A stretch of 64,000 nt of DNA from Candidatus Yanofskybacteria bacterium (GCA_016181175.1 JACOZV010000001.1:4643-68642), one strand, 5' to 3'. Positions 18,218 through 28,204 are shown, numbered from the stretch's first letter. The notes: generated by a model not told the origin, from the sequence alone. Translations and numbers: made by a program.

Positions 18218-19294
18218 ATGCTAAAAAAACTTGCGATTTCTTTTATCTTTATCCTCATCATCACAGCCACTTTCCTGGCCGGTTATTTGTTCAGCCGTAA
18301 ATCAGACTTGCCAGATCAACAAGCCTTGATAAATAATTCGCTAGTTGAACGCTTTAATCAAACTGAAGAAAAATACGTTGAGCCGACTGGCCTTTTTGAG
18401 CTTACATCTGGCGAAGCAAGTTTTCCAACGATTCGAGCGAACGGCGAAATATGGTACTACACGCCCAAAAATGGAGAGATACGCTCTGCTTCATTTAAAA
18501 ACCTTCTTGCCGGTTCTGCCCTTGTCGCAAAAATTCAACCCAACGCAATCAATATCAGCTGGGGATCAGATAAGACATTGCTGGCAAATTATTCAACAGG
18601 CGCGATTTACTACGATCTCGGTTCAAATTTTTCCAAAAAATATGAGATTAACATAAAAAACCCCGTTCTATCCAAAACAGGAAACAAAACCGCCTACATT
18701 TATTTTAACCAAGAATCGGGAGAAGGTAATATCAGCATCGCCAACCCCAAATTAGAGTCATTCAAAAATGTTCTTCCGACTCGTTTTACAAACTGGCAAA
18801 TCAAATGGTTGGGAGAAAACAAACTAGCGCTTACTAAACCGCCGACTCTGGAAAGTTCTCAAGCGTCACTTTTTACTTTGGACACGGAAAATGGAAAAAC
18901 ATTACAAAATATAATCAACTTAAAAAATAATCTTGAAGTCGCGTGGTCGCCTGACGAACAAAAAATAGTTTATTCTTATGTTGACTCTTCAACCGGGCAA
19001 AACGGTTTGTATCTTATGAATTTGGGCGCCAAAGAAGAAATGCCCCTCAATCTGAACTATACTGCTTCTAAATGTGTTTGGAGTTTTGATAATAAAACCG
19101 TTTACTGCGCCGGGGTAGATTCATTCGTGTCCTTAGACGCGACAGCGGCAAATGCGGGCACCCAGACAATCGCTAACTCCCAAAGCATTGACGCCTCTTC
19201 CGCCACAAATCTTTTTCTAACCAGCACTGGCGACTATATTATCTTCAAAAATATCAAAGACGGTAAGTTGTACGGGCTACATTTGGCACAGTGA
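18218..19294 (+). CDS. membrane-anchored secreted protein, β-propeller-like (TolB-like repeats)
   Basis: N-terminal TM anchor; repeated motifs LSKTGNKTAYIYFN and WSPDEQKIVYSY. Confidence 0.4.
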   Translation: MLKKLAISFIFILIITATFLAGYLFSRKSDLPDQQALINNSLVERFNQTEEKYVEPTGLFELTSGEASFPTIRANGEIWYYTPKNGEIRSASFKNLLAGSALVAKIQPNAINISWGSDKTLLANYSTGAIYYDLGSNFSKKYEINIKNPVLSKTGNKTAYIYFNQESGEGNISIANPKLESFKNVLPTRFTNWQIKWLGENKLALTKPPTLESSQASLFTLDTENGKTLQNIINLKNNLEVAWSPDEQKIVYSYVDSSTGQNGLYLMNLGAKEEMPLNLNYTASKCVWSFDNKTVYCAGVDSFVSLDATAANAGTQTIANSQSIDASSATNLFLTSTGDYIIFKNIKDGKLYGLHLAQ

Positions 19295-19310
19295 TAAACA
19301 AAACGGGTTT

Positions 19311-20756
19311 CTACCAATTCTCAATTTCCTCGGGTAGCTCCGGGGATTTTTTTATGGAGATAATCTCACGAAGGTCAGCTCTTGTAAAAACTCTCAATGC
19401 CAACAATAGAGGAAAATACAACAACGAAATAAGCGATGCTTTAGTAAAACTGTCCGTAAGAGGATACATCAACACTGCTATGATGGTCATGGCCAAAATA
19501 GTTTTGGCAAATAAGGTCTTGTTGACTGTAATTTTAATACTGCGATGAATCAACCAAAACATAGCAAGGGTTATAAAAATCTCGGTTACTACCGTCGTTG
19601 AGGCGGCGGCAAAGTAGCTGTACTCGGGAATCAATAAAAAATTAAGTCCGACGTTGATTACCGCTCCGGTAAAATAAATCCACATAGCTTTTCTTTGCAA
19701 GTTTAGCGCGATAATCGTGTTGCCACCCAAATTGCCGAAAAATATCAAGAGTATGGCAAAACTCAAAATCTTAAGAACCGGGCTGGCTTCAAGGAACGCA
19801 CCTCCACCAATTGCTCTTACTATCCAATCAGACATCAAAAAAATATAGACGGAAAAATAAAGGGCGAAAATTGTGACTACATTAAATGCGCTCTTGAAAG
19901 TTTTGATGAACTCCGGCCTGTTTTTAACCGCAAATCGGGAAAGGAGAGGCATTACCAGACCAATATAAATTGCCGGCAGGAATATAACCGCCTCCAAAAC
20001 TTTGTAAGCAGCAGAGTAAATGCCGACGTCTTGGGCCGGCTTCATTACTGAAAGCATAACTGTATCCAGTTTGAAATAGATAAGAACTAGCACTAAAGAA
20101 ACCGCGATAGGGAAAGCAGTCTTGAGGGCATGGCGGAAATAAACAAAGTCAATCATCGGCTTTACCTTGACCATGCGTCTGGAAAATCCATAGATAAGGA
20201 CAAGGTGAACCGTTTCCGAAAAAACCACAACGGCTACGAACCACAAAAGGCCAGTTTCAAATTTGATTAAAATTGCCAACGAGCCCAGTTGGACAAATCG
20301 CGCTAAAATATCGGCAAATGAAACAAAATAAATACGCACATATTTCTGGAATATACCGGTTAAAACTTGCGCCAAAGAAGAACCGATGGAAAAAAGAGAA
20401 GCAATTAGAACACCGAGTTTAACTTTAAGAGGGTAGGGAAAGGCAAAAACTAACAGATCAGCCAAAATTATTATTGAAACTACCGTCAGAAGACGCAGAG
20501 TAAAAATTTTACTGGCTATCTTCCTTTCTTCACCAGGCTCACTGATACGCGAAATTTCTCGGACCATAAAAGTATGAAGTCCGAGATCGGCAACAGCGGT
20601 AAAAATATAAAGGTAAGCGAAAATCGCGCTGTATTGGCCGAATCCCTCCGGCCCCAAAAAACGCGTCAAAATTCCAACAACAACCAAACTCAATCCGCCG
20701 ATTATCCCGCGGGATAATGTCGCGATACCCAAATTATATGAAATCTTTTGCAACAT
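19311..20756 (-). CDS. MOP-superfamily lipid-linked oligosaccharide flippase (Wzx/MurJ-like polysaccharide biosynthesis protein)
   Basis: 481 aa with about 12-14 TM segments; N-terminal LSRGIIGGLSL...LTRFLGPEGFG pattern. Confidence 0.65.
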   Translation of the reverse strand: MLQKISYNLGIATLSRGIIGGLSLVVVGILTRFLGPEGFGQYSAIFAYLYIFTAVADLGLHTFMVREISRISEPGEERKIASKIFTLRLLTVVSIIILADLLVFAFPYPLKVKLGVLIASLFSIGSSLAQVLTGIFQKYVRIYFVSFADILARFVQLGSLAILIKFETGLLWFVAVVVFSETVHLVLIYGFSRRMVKVKPMIDFVYFRHALKTAFPIAVSLVLVLIYFKLDTVMLSVMKPAQDVGIYSAAYKVLEAVIFLPAIYIGLVMPLLSRFAVKNRPEFIKTFKSAFNVVTIFALYFSVYIFLMSDWIVRAIGGGAFLEASPVLKILSFAILLIFFGNLGGNTIIALNLQRKAMWIYFTGAVINVGLNFLLIPEYSYFAAASTTVVTEIFITLAMFWLIHRSIKITVNKTLFAKTILAMTIIAVLMYPLTDSFTKASLISLLYFPLLLALRVFTRADLREIISIKKSPELPEEIENW

Positions 20757-20877
20757 CGCTGTTTGTTTTATCTAACAAAATATTACCAGCATTACTTCGT
20801 AGCGACAACTCATCGCGCTAAACAAATCTGCGTACGAAAATGTGTGTTTACAATCTGCCTTGTGAAAGTAAAAGACA

Positions 20878-20905
20878 AAACCCGCCTTATCGGCGGGTTT
20901 TGGTT
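20878..20905. terminator. bidirectional rho-independent terminator downstream of jag
   Basis: AAAACCCGCC-ttatc-GGCGGGTTTTGGTTT. Confidence 0.6.
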
Positions 20906-20948
20906 TCTAAAAAATACCCTGGTGTAAATAATACTTGTCAGATTTTAA

Positions 20949-21467
20949 TTAAAGGGTTAGGGGCTTAACGACAATGCGGCGGCGAGGTTCTTGGCCGATG
21001 CTTTCGGTTTGAACTTCTTTAAACGCAGCCAATTCGGTATGCACCAAACGCCGCTCGTAAGAACTCATGGGCGGTAAGGCTTCGGCCTTTTGTGTTTGAA
21101 CTACACGCTTGGCAATGTTACGAGCTGTCTCAATAAGATAATTTGTTTTGGACTTTCTGTAATCATTTATATCAACAATAAAATTAATCGGCGGCTGACC
21201 AGTAGAAACAGCAAAAGCACGATTTACGAGCAGGCGAACAACATGATCAAAAGCGCTAAGGTTCTGGCCGTTTTTGCCAATTAGTATGCTTAAGTCTTTA
21301 TCCGACTCAATTGAAACCACCGAAAAGTTTCCTCTTTTTTCTTCTGTCAACATTCCTGGTTCCGACTCCGTCAAACTTTCAGTCAACTTAACTTCTCCTT
21401 CAAAACCAACCTTATCCAACAGGTCTTTAACAATTTCTATTATTTTATTTTTTACATCTTCGTTCAT
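20949..21467 (-). CDS. jag: RNA-binding protein Jag/KhpB (KH and R3H domains)
   Basis: KH-like ILIGKNGQNLSAFDHVVRL, R3H-like SSYERRLVHTELA; canonical position after yidC. Confidence 0.8.
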   Translation of the reverse strand: MNEDVKNKIIEIVKDLLDKVGFEGEVKLTESLTESEPGMLTEEKRGNFSVVSIESDKDLSILIGKNGQNLSAFDHVVRLLVNRAFAVSTGQPPINFIVDINDYRKSKTNYLIETARNIAKRVVQTQKAEALPPMSSYERRLVHTELAAFKEVQTESIGQEPRRRIVVKPLTL

Positions 21468-21479
21468 GTTTGCTTGTAA

Positions 21480-22196
21480 TTATTGCAGACTTGCCGTTTT
21501 ATATTTTCTATTTATATACAACTGTTCAAATATAGAAAATACGGTAGCCGCAACCCAATAAATAACCAGTCCAGTTGGTAAATTCCAAGCGATAATTATA
21601 ACCATAACAGGGAAAAAATACAACATTTGTTTATTCATCTGAAAAGCGGCTGTCGGACTACTTTTGTCCACCGGCCCCTGCAGTTTTGCCGCTTGCTTGG
21701 ACTGAAACCATTGCATAACTCCAGCCAAAATTGCAAGGTACGGGCTCTTATGCGTTAAATCAATAAAGCCAAATGCGATTTGTTTTATAGCTCCAGGATT
21801 ATCAATAAAAGAATAGAGCGCGCTAAAACTTTCTGGTTTCAATCCTGACCCCAGGGCGCTATAAAGCGCTATCAACACCGGTAATTGGACAAGAATTGGC
21901 AAACAGCCGCCGAACGGATTAACTTTGTGCTCTTTGTATAATTCCATTGTTGCTCGGCCTAACGCCTGTTTGTCGTTTTTATACTTATCTTGAAGCTCCT
22001 TTATTTTTGGTTGTAATCTGCCCAATTCTTTTTGTGAAACCAGAGCTTTTATTGAAAGCGGAAAAAAAACAAACCTTACGATTAATGTCAGTAAGATGAT
22101 GGCCAAGCCGAAATCGCCTCCGGGAATAATGTTGTAAATAAAAATCAGGAGGTTAAATAAGGGACGGAACAGAAGTTGGTTATAAAGTTCTGTCAT
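21480..22196 (-). CDS. yidC: membrane protein insertase YidC (short form)
   Basis: 238 aa; 5 TM segments; conserved LPILVQLPVLIALY and PTGLVIYW motifs. Confidence 0.85.
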   Translation of the reverse strand: MTELYNQLLFRPLFNLLIFIYNIIPGGDFGLAIILLTLIVRFVFFPLSIKALVSQKELGRLQPKIKELQDKYKNDKQALGRATMELYKEHKVNPFGGCLPILVQLPVLIALYSALGSGLKPESFSALYSFIDNPGAIKQIAFGFIDLTHKSPYLAILAGVMQWFQSKQAAKLQGPVDKSSPTAAFQMNKQMLYFFPVMVIIIAWNLPTGLVIYWVAATVFSIFEQLYINRKYKTASLQ

Positions 22197-22199
22197 GTG

Positions 22200-22436
22200 T
22201 TAATTGTTAGAAACTAAGTCAATACCGCCTTTTGAAAGTGGATTGCATTTTAATATTCTAGCCAAGCCTTTTAATAAGCCCCTGCCTAAACCAAATTTTT
22301 CTATTGCTTCGCGGGTATATTGCGAGCAACTTGGATAAAAACGGCAACGCATGTTATTTCCGGTAAATATAAGACCGTGATCAGGTGATAAAGTTTTTTG
22401 ATAAAGACTGATGAGTTTTAAAAATATTTTTTTCAT
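22200..22436 (-). CDS. yidD: membrane protein insertion efficiency factor YidD
   Basis: CRFYPSCSQY signature. Confidence 0.8.
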   Translation of the reverse strand: MKKIFLKLISLYQKTLSPDHGLIFTGNNMRCRFYPSCSQYTREAIEKFGLGRGLLKGLARILKCNPLSKGGIDLVSNN

Positions 22437-22556
22437 CCCGTTAGAGACAGGCTGCGACTATGTCGCAACCGTGCCCAGTTAGCTTGTTATTTATTCCCGT
22501 TGAGATATTTTAGCCATCACCTTTTTAAAAAAGTGTTTGCTGTGTCTCTAACGGGA
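22436..22556. repeat. inverted-repeat-bounded element filling the rnpA-yidD intergenic region
   Basis: TCCCGTTAGAGACAG (22436-22450) against CTGTGTCTCTAACGGGA (22540-22556), 14/16 complementary; internal hairpin GCGAC-tat-GTCGC; partial third copy at 22494-22509. Confidence 0.5.
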
Positions 22557-22565
22557 TTCATAATT

Positions 22566-22901
22566 CTATTGACTAAAAATCTTTTTGATTGTTTCTTCTA
22601 AATCCTTCTTGATTTCTTTTGATGTCTTATCTACGATACTTAATGTAGCAGTAATCACGAGGTCGTACGATTTTTCTAAAAAATGTCCAGAGCGAATGAT
22701 TTCTGTACAAATTCTTTTTAGACGATTCCTTAATATTGCTCTTTTTAAAATCTTGGCAGATACAATTACTGCTATCCGCAGAAATCCTGTCTCATTTTTT
22801 AAGAACCGGATAAAGAAAAAACTGTTTCTTACAGTTTTCCCTTGCCTTAAAACATAATTCAGATCTTTTCTGTTTAATCGATACTTACGAGCTAGCGCCA
22901 A
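22566..22901 (-). CDS. rnpA: ribonuclease P protein component
   Basis: 111 aa basic protein, KR.LNRKDL...NRLKR pattern; sits between rpmH and yidD. Confidence 0.8.
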   Translation of the reverse strand: MALARKYRLNRKDLNYVLRQGKTVRNSFFFIRFLKNETGFLRIAVIVSAKILKRAILRNRLKRICTEIIRSGHFLEKSYDLVITATLSIVDKTSKEIKKDLEETIKKIFSQ

Positions 22902-22956
22902 TTTTACTAAAATCTACTGACTGCTGACTAAAGTTATTAACTTTAGAGCTTAGTCT

Positions 22957-23094
22957 TTAGACTGTTAATTTGTACCTATTTTTCTGCCGACGTCGAGCCA
23001 ACACTTTTCTTCCATTCTTAGATCTGGCGCGCTTTAAAAATCCGTGTGTCTTCTTTCTTTTTTTCTTTTTTGGACGATATAGTGTTATTTTCAT
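22957..23094 (-). CDS. rpmH: 50S ribosomal protein L34
   Basis: Own translation: [45 protein letters not shown], 45 aa. Below the ORF-track size cutoff. Confidence 0.85.
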   Translation of the reverse strand: MKITLYRPKKKKRKKTHGFLKRARSKNGRKVLARRRQKNRYKLTV

Positions 23095-23215
23095 ATTCCT
23101 ATACTATAGCAAAGCATATTAATTTTGCAATTAATACTGGTTGTTCACTTTTCATCAACAAATTGTCAACGAAATTATATTTTTAATGTTTTTTTATTAA
23201 TCTATACTTAATTTA

Positions 23216-24586
23216 ATGATCAACGAAGAGCTCTGGAAAGCAGTGTTAACAGAGATGGAGTTGTCCCTTTCTAGGGCTAATTTTACTACCTGGTTTAAAG
23301 GTACTTCTTTACTGGCTTACAATAACGGGTCTGTTTTAGTTAGTGTCCCTAATGGTTTTGTTAAAGAATGGCTAGAAAATAAATTTGGCAAACAGATTCT
23401 CCAAGTGATAAGGAACTTGCAGCCGGATGTTAGGGAAGTTAAGTACGCCGTGGGTGGTATTCGCATAGGCTTGGCAATCCAAAAAAGAGATTTTGCTCAA
23501 TTACTTCCTGAAAAAAATACTGATGAAAAATCAGATGCTGATATAGACAAGACTACCAACTTGAATAAACGCTATACTTTCGGTTCTTTTGTGGTTGGCA
23601 GTAACAATGAATTGGCGCATGCCGCCAGCTTAGCAATTACAAAAAACTTAGGTAAAACCTATAACCCGCTTTTTATCTATGGCGGGGTGGGCTTGGGCAA
23701 AACTCATTTACTTCAAGCAACTGGCAATCAAATAGGTTTAAGTTATCCAGATAAAAAAGTATGCTATATTTCTTCAGAAAGGCTGACAGCTGACATAATA
23801 GAATCATTAAAAAACAAAACAATTGAAGAAATGAAACAACGCTATGCCAAGCTTGATCTTCTAATTATAGATGATATCCAATTTATTGCCGGCAAAGAAA
23901 GAACCCAAGATATTTTCTTTTCTACTTTTAATGAACTTTACGGCAAGAATAAACAAATCGTTTTATCTTCTGATAGACCCCCAAGCGCAATACCGGCACT
24001 AGAAGAACGTCTTCGCTCTAGGTTTGAAGGGGGTATGATAGCTGATATTGGAATTCCTGATTACGAGACACGACTTGCGATTCTTAATATGAAATGCAAG
24101 GATAAAAATTTTGAAGTTGATCAAAACTCCCTTGCTTATATTGCTTCGAACATCCAAAAAAATATCCGTGAGCTTGAAGGTGCGCTAAATAGGATAAGAG
24201 CTTTTAGCCAGATATATAATAAGGTTCCTGACTTTAAAGAAGTTAAGAAACTTTTAGCAGCCTACCTTAACACTCCTTATCGCAAAACAACTCATCAATC
24301 AATTTTAAAATCAGTCGCTGATTTCTACAGCATACCAATTACTGACCTAATCAAAAGGAGCCGAAAAAAAGAAATTGTAAGGCCAAGACAAATTGCTATG
24401 TTTTTATTACGAGAAGAAACAAAATCATCTTTCCCTGAAATAGGTTCAAAACTAGGCGGCCGTGATCATTCGACAGTAATACATGCTTATGAGAAAATAA
24501 AAAAAGAAGAAGAAAATGAAGAAGTAACTAAACAAGAATTAACTTTAATAAAAGAAAGAATTTACCAAACTTTTGAAAATTCTTAA
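23216..24586 (+). CDS. dnaA: chromosomal replication initiator protein DnaA
   Basis: AAA+ Walker A GGVGLGKTHLL, Walker B LLIIDDIQF, sensor motifs, and C-terminal DNA-binding domain RDHSTVIHAYEKI. Confidence 0.92.
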   Translation: MINEELWKAVLTEMELSLSRANFTTWFKGTSLLAYNNGSVLVSVPNGFVKEWLENKFGKQILQVIRNLQPDVREVKYAVGGIRIGLAIQKRDFAQLLPEKNTDEKSDADIDKTTNLNKRYTFGSFVVGSNNELAHAASLAITKNLGKTYNPLFIYGGVGLGKTHLLQATGNQIGLSYPDKKVCYISSERLTADIIESLKNKTIEEMKQRYAKLDLLIIDDIQFIAGKERTQDIFFSTFNELYGKNKQIVLSSDRPPSAIPALEERLRSRFEGGMIADIGIPDYETRLAILNMKCKDKNFEVDQNSLAYIASNIQKNIRELEGALNRIRAFSQIYNKVPDFKEVKKLLAAYLNTPYRKTTHQSILKSVADFYSIPITDLIKRSRKKEIVRPRQIAMFLLREETKSSFPEIGSKLGGRDHSTVIHAYEKIKKEEENEEVTKQELTLIKERIYQTFENS

Positions 24587-24743
24587 CTATTTACTAGATA
24601 AAAAATTATTATATTTTTAGTGACTAACATGTTGATATGCGTGTTAATTACCTATTAATAATTCATTGATAATATTCTACTTTTAAATGCTCAAAAAATA
24701 AAATTAAAAATTATACGCTATTTATAAATAAAATATCCCTAAA

Positions 24744-24752
24744 TTATTCACA
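24744..24752 (+). promoter_or_regulatory. DnaA-box-like nonamer TTATTCACA (one mismatch from TTATCCACA) in the AT-rich dnaA-dnaN spacer
   Basis: Read directly; the 24587-24868 spacer looks under 25% GC. Confidence 0.35.
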
Positions 24753-24868
24753 GGTTTTACAATAAAGATTACTATTATAATTACTGGTTAAATTATTAAT
24801 TCTACTACTTATAAACATCTATTATAATTATTATTTATTTTAAAATCTAAATAATTATAATCAAAATT

Positions 24869-25966
24869 ATGGATCTAGTGGTTAATCAAAAAAGACTTAT
24901 TTCAGCAGTAAGGACAGTAGAAAAAATAGTTTCTAAAAATATTTCGTTACCAATATTGAATACAATATTACTTAAAACTGACAACGGAAGATTAAAATTA
25001 TCAGCAACTAATTTAGAAATAGGAATTAATTATTGGTTAGGAGTAAAAATAAACGAAAATGGAGAAATTGCTGTTCCTGCAAGAGTTTTTTCAGATTTTA
25101 TCAATAATGTAACTGATGAAAAGTTATCTTTAATAACTAAAAAAAATACAATTTTTATTAATTCTGAAAATTATAAAACACAAATACTTGGTATAGAAAC
25201 CAAAGATTTTCCTATAATTCCACAAATTAAAAAAGAAGCGTCTTTTAAAATAAATAGTCAAAAAGTAAAAACAGCATTAACGAGTGTTATTGATTCCGCT
25301 TCATTATCAGAAACTAGGCCAGAAATTAGCGGAGTATATGTGAGTATTTCTTCTAAAAAAGCAGAATTTGCAGCTACAGACAGTTTTCGTCTTTCTGAAA
25401 AAATAATTGATTTACTAGATAGTTCAGCAAAAACTTTTATTTTACCTCGCAATACGGTTGTAGAAATAATTAGAGTTGCTGAAAATATTGAAGGAGATTT
25501 ATCTTTTGTTGTTTCCGATAACCAAATTCTTATTTATGGTGATGATTTTGAAATTATTTCTCGTCTTATTGACGGACACTACCCGGAGTATAAAAGAGTA
25601 ATACCAGAAAAATTTGTTGCACTTGCTAAGGTGCAAAAAAGCGAATTTGAAAAATCAATTAGAATGGCAAGCATTTTTTCGTCTTCAATTTCTGATATTA
25701 AAATTAAAGCAGATAAAGATTTAATGGAAATTTCCGCTAAAAATAGTGATCGTGGTGAAATAGCTGCTAATCTTGCATGTGAGATTAAAAATAAGCCATT
25801 TGAAATTTCCGTTAACTACCATTACTTACTAGATGGTTTAAAATCAGTGTCTACTGATCACGTTATTTTGGAGTTTACAGGCGATGGAGGTCCGCTTGTA
25901 ATAAAAGGTGAAAACCAAAAAGATCATACTTATGTGATTATGCCATTGAGAAATTTAAGAAACTAG
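24869..25966 (+). CDS. dnaN: DNA polymerase III β sliding clamp
   Basis: 365 aa directly after dnaA; three-domain β-clamp length; PLLI..G motif near the C-terminus. Confidence 0.85.
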   Translation: MDLVVNQKRLISAVRTVEKIVSKNISLPILNTILLKTDNGRLKLSATNLEIGINYWLGVKINENGEIAVPARVFSDFINNVTDEKLSLITKKNTIFINSENYKTQILGIETKDFPIIPQIKKEASFKINSQKVKTALTSVIDSASLSETRPEISGVYVSISSKKAEFAATDSFRLSEKIIDLLDSSAKTFILPRNTVVEIIRVAENIEGDLSFVVSDNQILIYGDDFEIISRLIDGHYPEYKRVIPEKFVALAKVQKSEFEKSIRMASIFSSSISDIKIKADKDLMEISAKNSDRGEIAANLACEIKNKPFEISVNYHYLLDGLKSVSTDHVILEFTGDGGPLVIKGENQKDHTYVIMPLRNLRN

Positions 25967-25974
25967 ATATAAAA

Positions 25975-28155
25975 TTAGGGATTTATGGCCGGAGTTGTGG
26001 AGGCTTGTGGAGTGAGGTTGGTGAGCCATTTTTGAACAGCATCCTCCCAATTTGAAAATTGCGAATCAGAATATAGATTTAATGGATATGGCCCAGTTGG
26101 GTCATTTTTATTTATATAGTAAAGAATAGAATGTATACCATCGGGACCATTATAGTTGCCATTAAGCATAATTTTATCAGTAGTAATAGGGTCTGGTTTA
26201 ATGAATTGTTCTGGTGTGGTACCAACTAAAGCACGTGCCATAAATTCGTGCCACATAGGGGCAGCTGCAGATAAACCGGCACCCTCTCTGGTCATCGAGG
26301 TATTGTCGTTATTGCCAGTCCAAACGCCTACAACAAGTGAAGGTGTGTATCCGAGTAGCCAACCATCGCGATTCTCTTGTGTGGTGCCGGTTTTAGCGGC
26401 CACAGGACGTTCCGGGAAGTGCAAGGGACTGTTGTAGCCAAATACCGGTCCACGGGCGTTATTATCAGATAAAACGTCAGTGATAAGCCGTGCAACTTGG
26501 GGGTCGAGCACACGCTCTTCCTCTCTCTTGTATTCTTCCAGGATTGTGCCATCACTTGCGACAACCTTAAGCAAGAAAGACGGGAAAACCCTAATTCCGT
26601 CATTTGCAAAAACTCCGTAAGAATTAACCATATCAACTAATTTGACTTCGCCTCCGCCAAGTACCAGAGAAAGACCGTAGCGGGAGCGATCATTTAAAGT
26701 GGTAATTCCCATTTGGTGGGCGAAATCAATCGTATCATCAGTGCCAGCAAGATAAAGTGTTTTTACAGAAGGCAAGTTAAGCGATTGACCCAAAGCTTGA
26801 CGCATAGTTACTGGTCCGCGAAATCGGCCATCGTAGTTTTGAGGATTGTAACAATCCTCGCCGTTGGCGTTCTTTTTTTGAAAAGTGGATGGATTACAGT
26901 TAGGATTAAATTCGGTGGGTAAATCAAATAGAATTGTTGAATCGGTAAAACCTTTGAGAAAAGCCACAGAGTAAGCAAATGGTTTAAACGAAGAACCTGG
27001 TTGGCGATAAGCCAAGGCTACATTGAAATTACCTTCAAACTTGCAGTTATCGCCAGGAATGCAACCTTCCGGTTCGGGTTTGCCAAAATAATCTTTGGAG
27101 CCGACCATAGCAAGAATCTGTCCAGTTTTTGGATCTGCGGCGACAAGCGCGGCATTGTTTGCTTTATACCTCTCGGTATTTATTTTAGCGTATTTTTCTA
27201 CAGTTTCTTCGGCTACTGTTTGTAAATTGGTATCCAAGGTTGTGATTACGCGTAGACCGCCATTTTGGACAGTGTCTTCACCGTATTTTTTTACCAAATA
27301 TTCACGTAACATAATAACGAAATGCGGAGCAATAATGCTTTCTTGAAATGGTTTAATTTGGGGAGTTTCTTTAACTGCTTTATCGTATTCGTTTTGGGTA
27401 ATAATTTGGCTGTTTTTCAGTCGTTCCAAAAGGTAATTTCTTCTAGTGATAAGTTCTGAAAAATGGTTACCATAGGGCGAGTAATAACTTGGGGCCTTAG
27501 GGAGTGATGCAAGAAGAGACGCTTCCGACCAGCTTAATTCTTTGGCTGATTTGTCAAAAAAGGTCTGACTGGCTGCTTCAATACCATAAGCGTTAGAGCC
27601 ATAAGGTATTTGGTTTAGATACATCCAAAATATTTCATCTTTGTTGAATTTACGTTCAACTTGGATTGATAGTACTGCTTCTTTGATCTTGCGCGGCAAG
27701 GTTTTTTCTTTGCCAAGGAGAGAGAGCTTAATGAGTTGTTGAGTAATAGTAGAACCGCCTTGCGAGGCGCTTAAACTAATTACATCTTTGTAAAAAGCCC
27801 GCAAAATACCTCGAAAGTCCACACCCTTATGTTTGTAAAAATCAGCGTCCTCGGATAGCAGAGTGGCTTTTTTGATGGTCTCGGGCATTTGATTCCAGGC
27901 GATAATAGTGCGTTTTTCTTCGCCGTGAATGTCGTATAAAAGCGTTTCGCCGGCGCGGTCATAGATTTTGGTGGACTCGCTTACGCGGCGGGCGGAAATT
28001 GCCGAAGGATCGGGAACCTGGCCAGCGTAATAAAGGAACACGGCCACAGAAAAAACCAAGCCGATCACGGCCAGGGTTATTATTCCAACCAAAATATTTT
28101 TGATAGTTGCTGACTTGTGCTTATGTACAACAGCCATTAATCTTAATTTTGCCAT
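25975..28155 (-). CDS. mrcA: class A penicillin-binding protein (glycosyltransferase plus transpeptidase)
   Basis: N-terminal TM; GT51 motifs EDADFYKHKGVD and GGSTITQQ; transpeptidase SSFKP, SLN, KTGTT. Confidence 0.88.
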   Translation of the reverse strand: MAKLRLMAVVHKHKSATIKNILVGIITLAVIGLVFSVAVFLYYAGQVPDPSAISARRVSESTKIYDRAGETLLYDIHGEEKRTIIAWNQMPETIKKATLLSEDADFYKHKGVDFRGILRAFYKDVISLSASQGGSTITQQLIKLSLLGKEKTLPRKIKEAVLSIQVERKFNKDEIFWMYLNQIPYGSNAYGIEAASQTFFDKSAKELSWSEASLLASLPKAPSYYSPYGNHFSELITRRNYLLERLKNSQIITQNEYDKAVKETPQIKPFQESIIAPHFVIMLREYLVKKYGEDTVQNGGLRVITTLDTNLQTVAEETVEKYAKINTERYKANNAALVAADPKTGQILAMVGSKDYFGKPEPEGCIPGDNCKFEGNFNVALAYRQPGSSFKPFAYSVAFLKGFTDSTILFDLPTEFNPNCNPSTFQKKNANGEDCYNPQNYDGRFRGPVTMRQALGQSLNLPSVKTLYLAGTDDTIDFAHQMGITTLNDRSRYGLSLVLGGGEVKLVDMVNSYGVFANDGIRVFPSFLLKVVASDGTILEEYKREEERVLDPQVARLITDVLSDNNARGPVFGYNSPLHFPERPVAAKTGTTQENRDGWLLGYTPSLVVGVWTGNNDNTSMTREGAGLSAAAPMWHEFMARALVGTTPEQFIKPDPITTDKIMLNGNYNGPDGIHSILYYINKNDPTGPYPLNLYSDSQFSNWEDAVQKWLTNLTPQASTTPAINP

Positions 28156-28204
28156 AATTTAGCTAAATTTACAAGATTCCGGTATGAGTATATAATTTGA
28201 TTAA

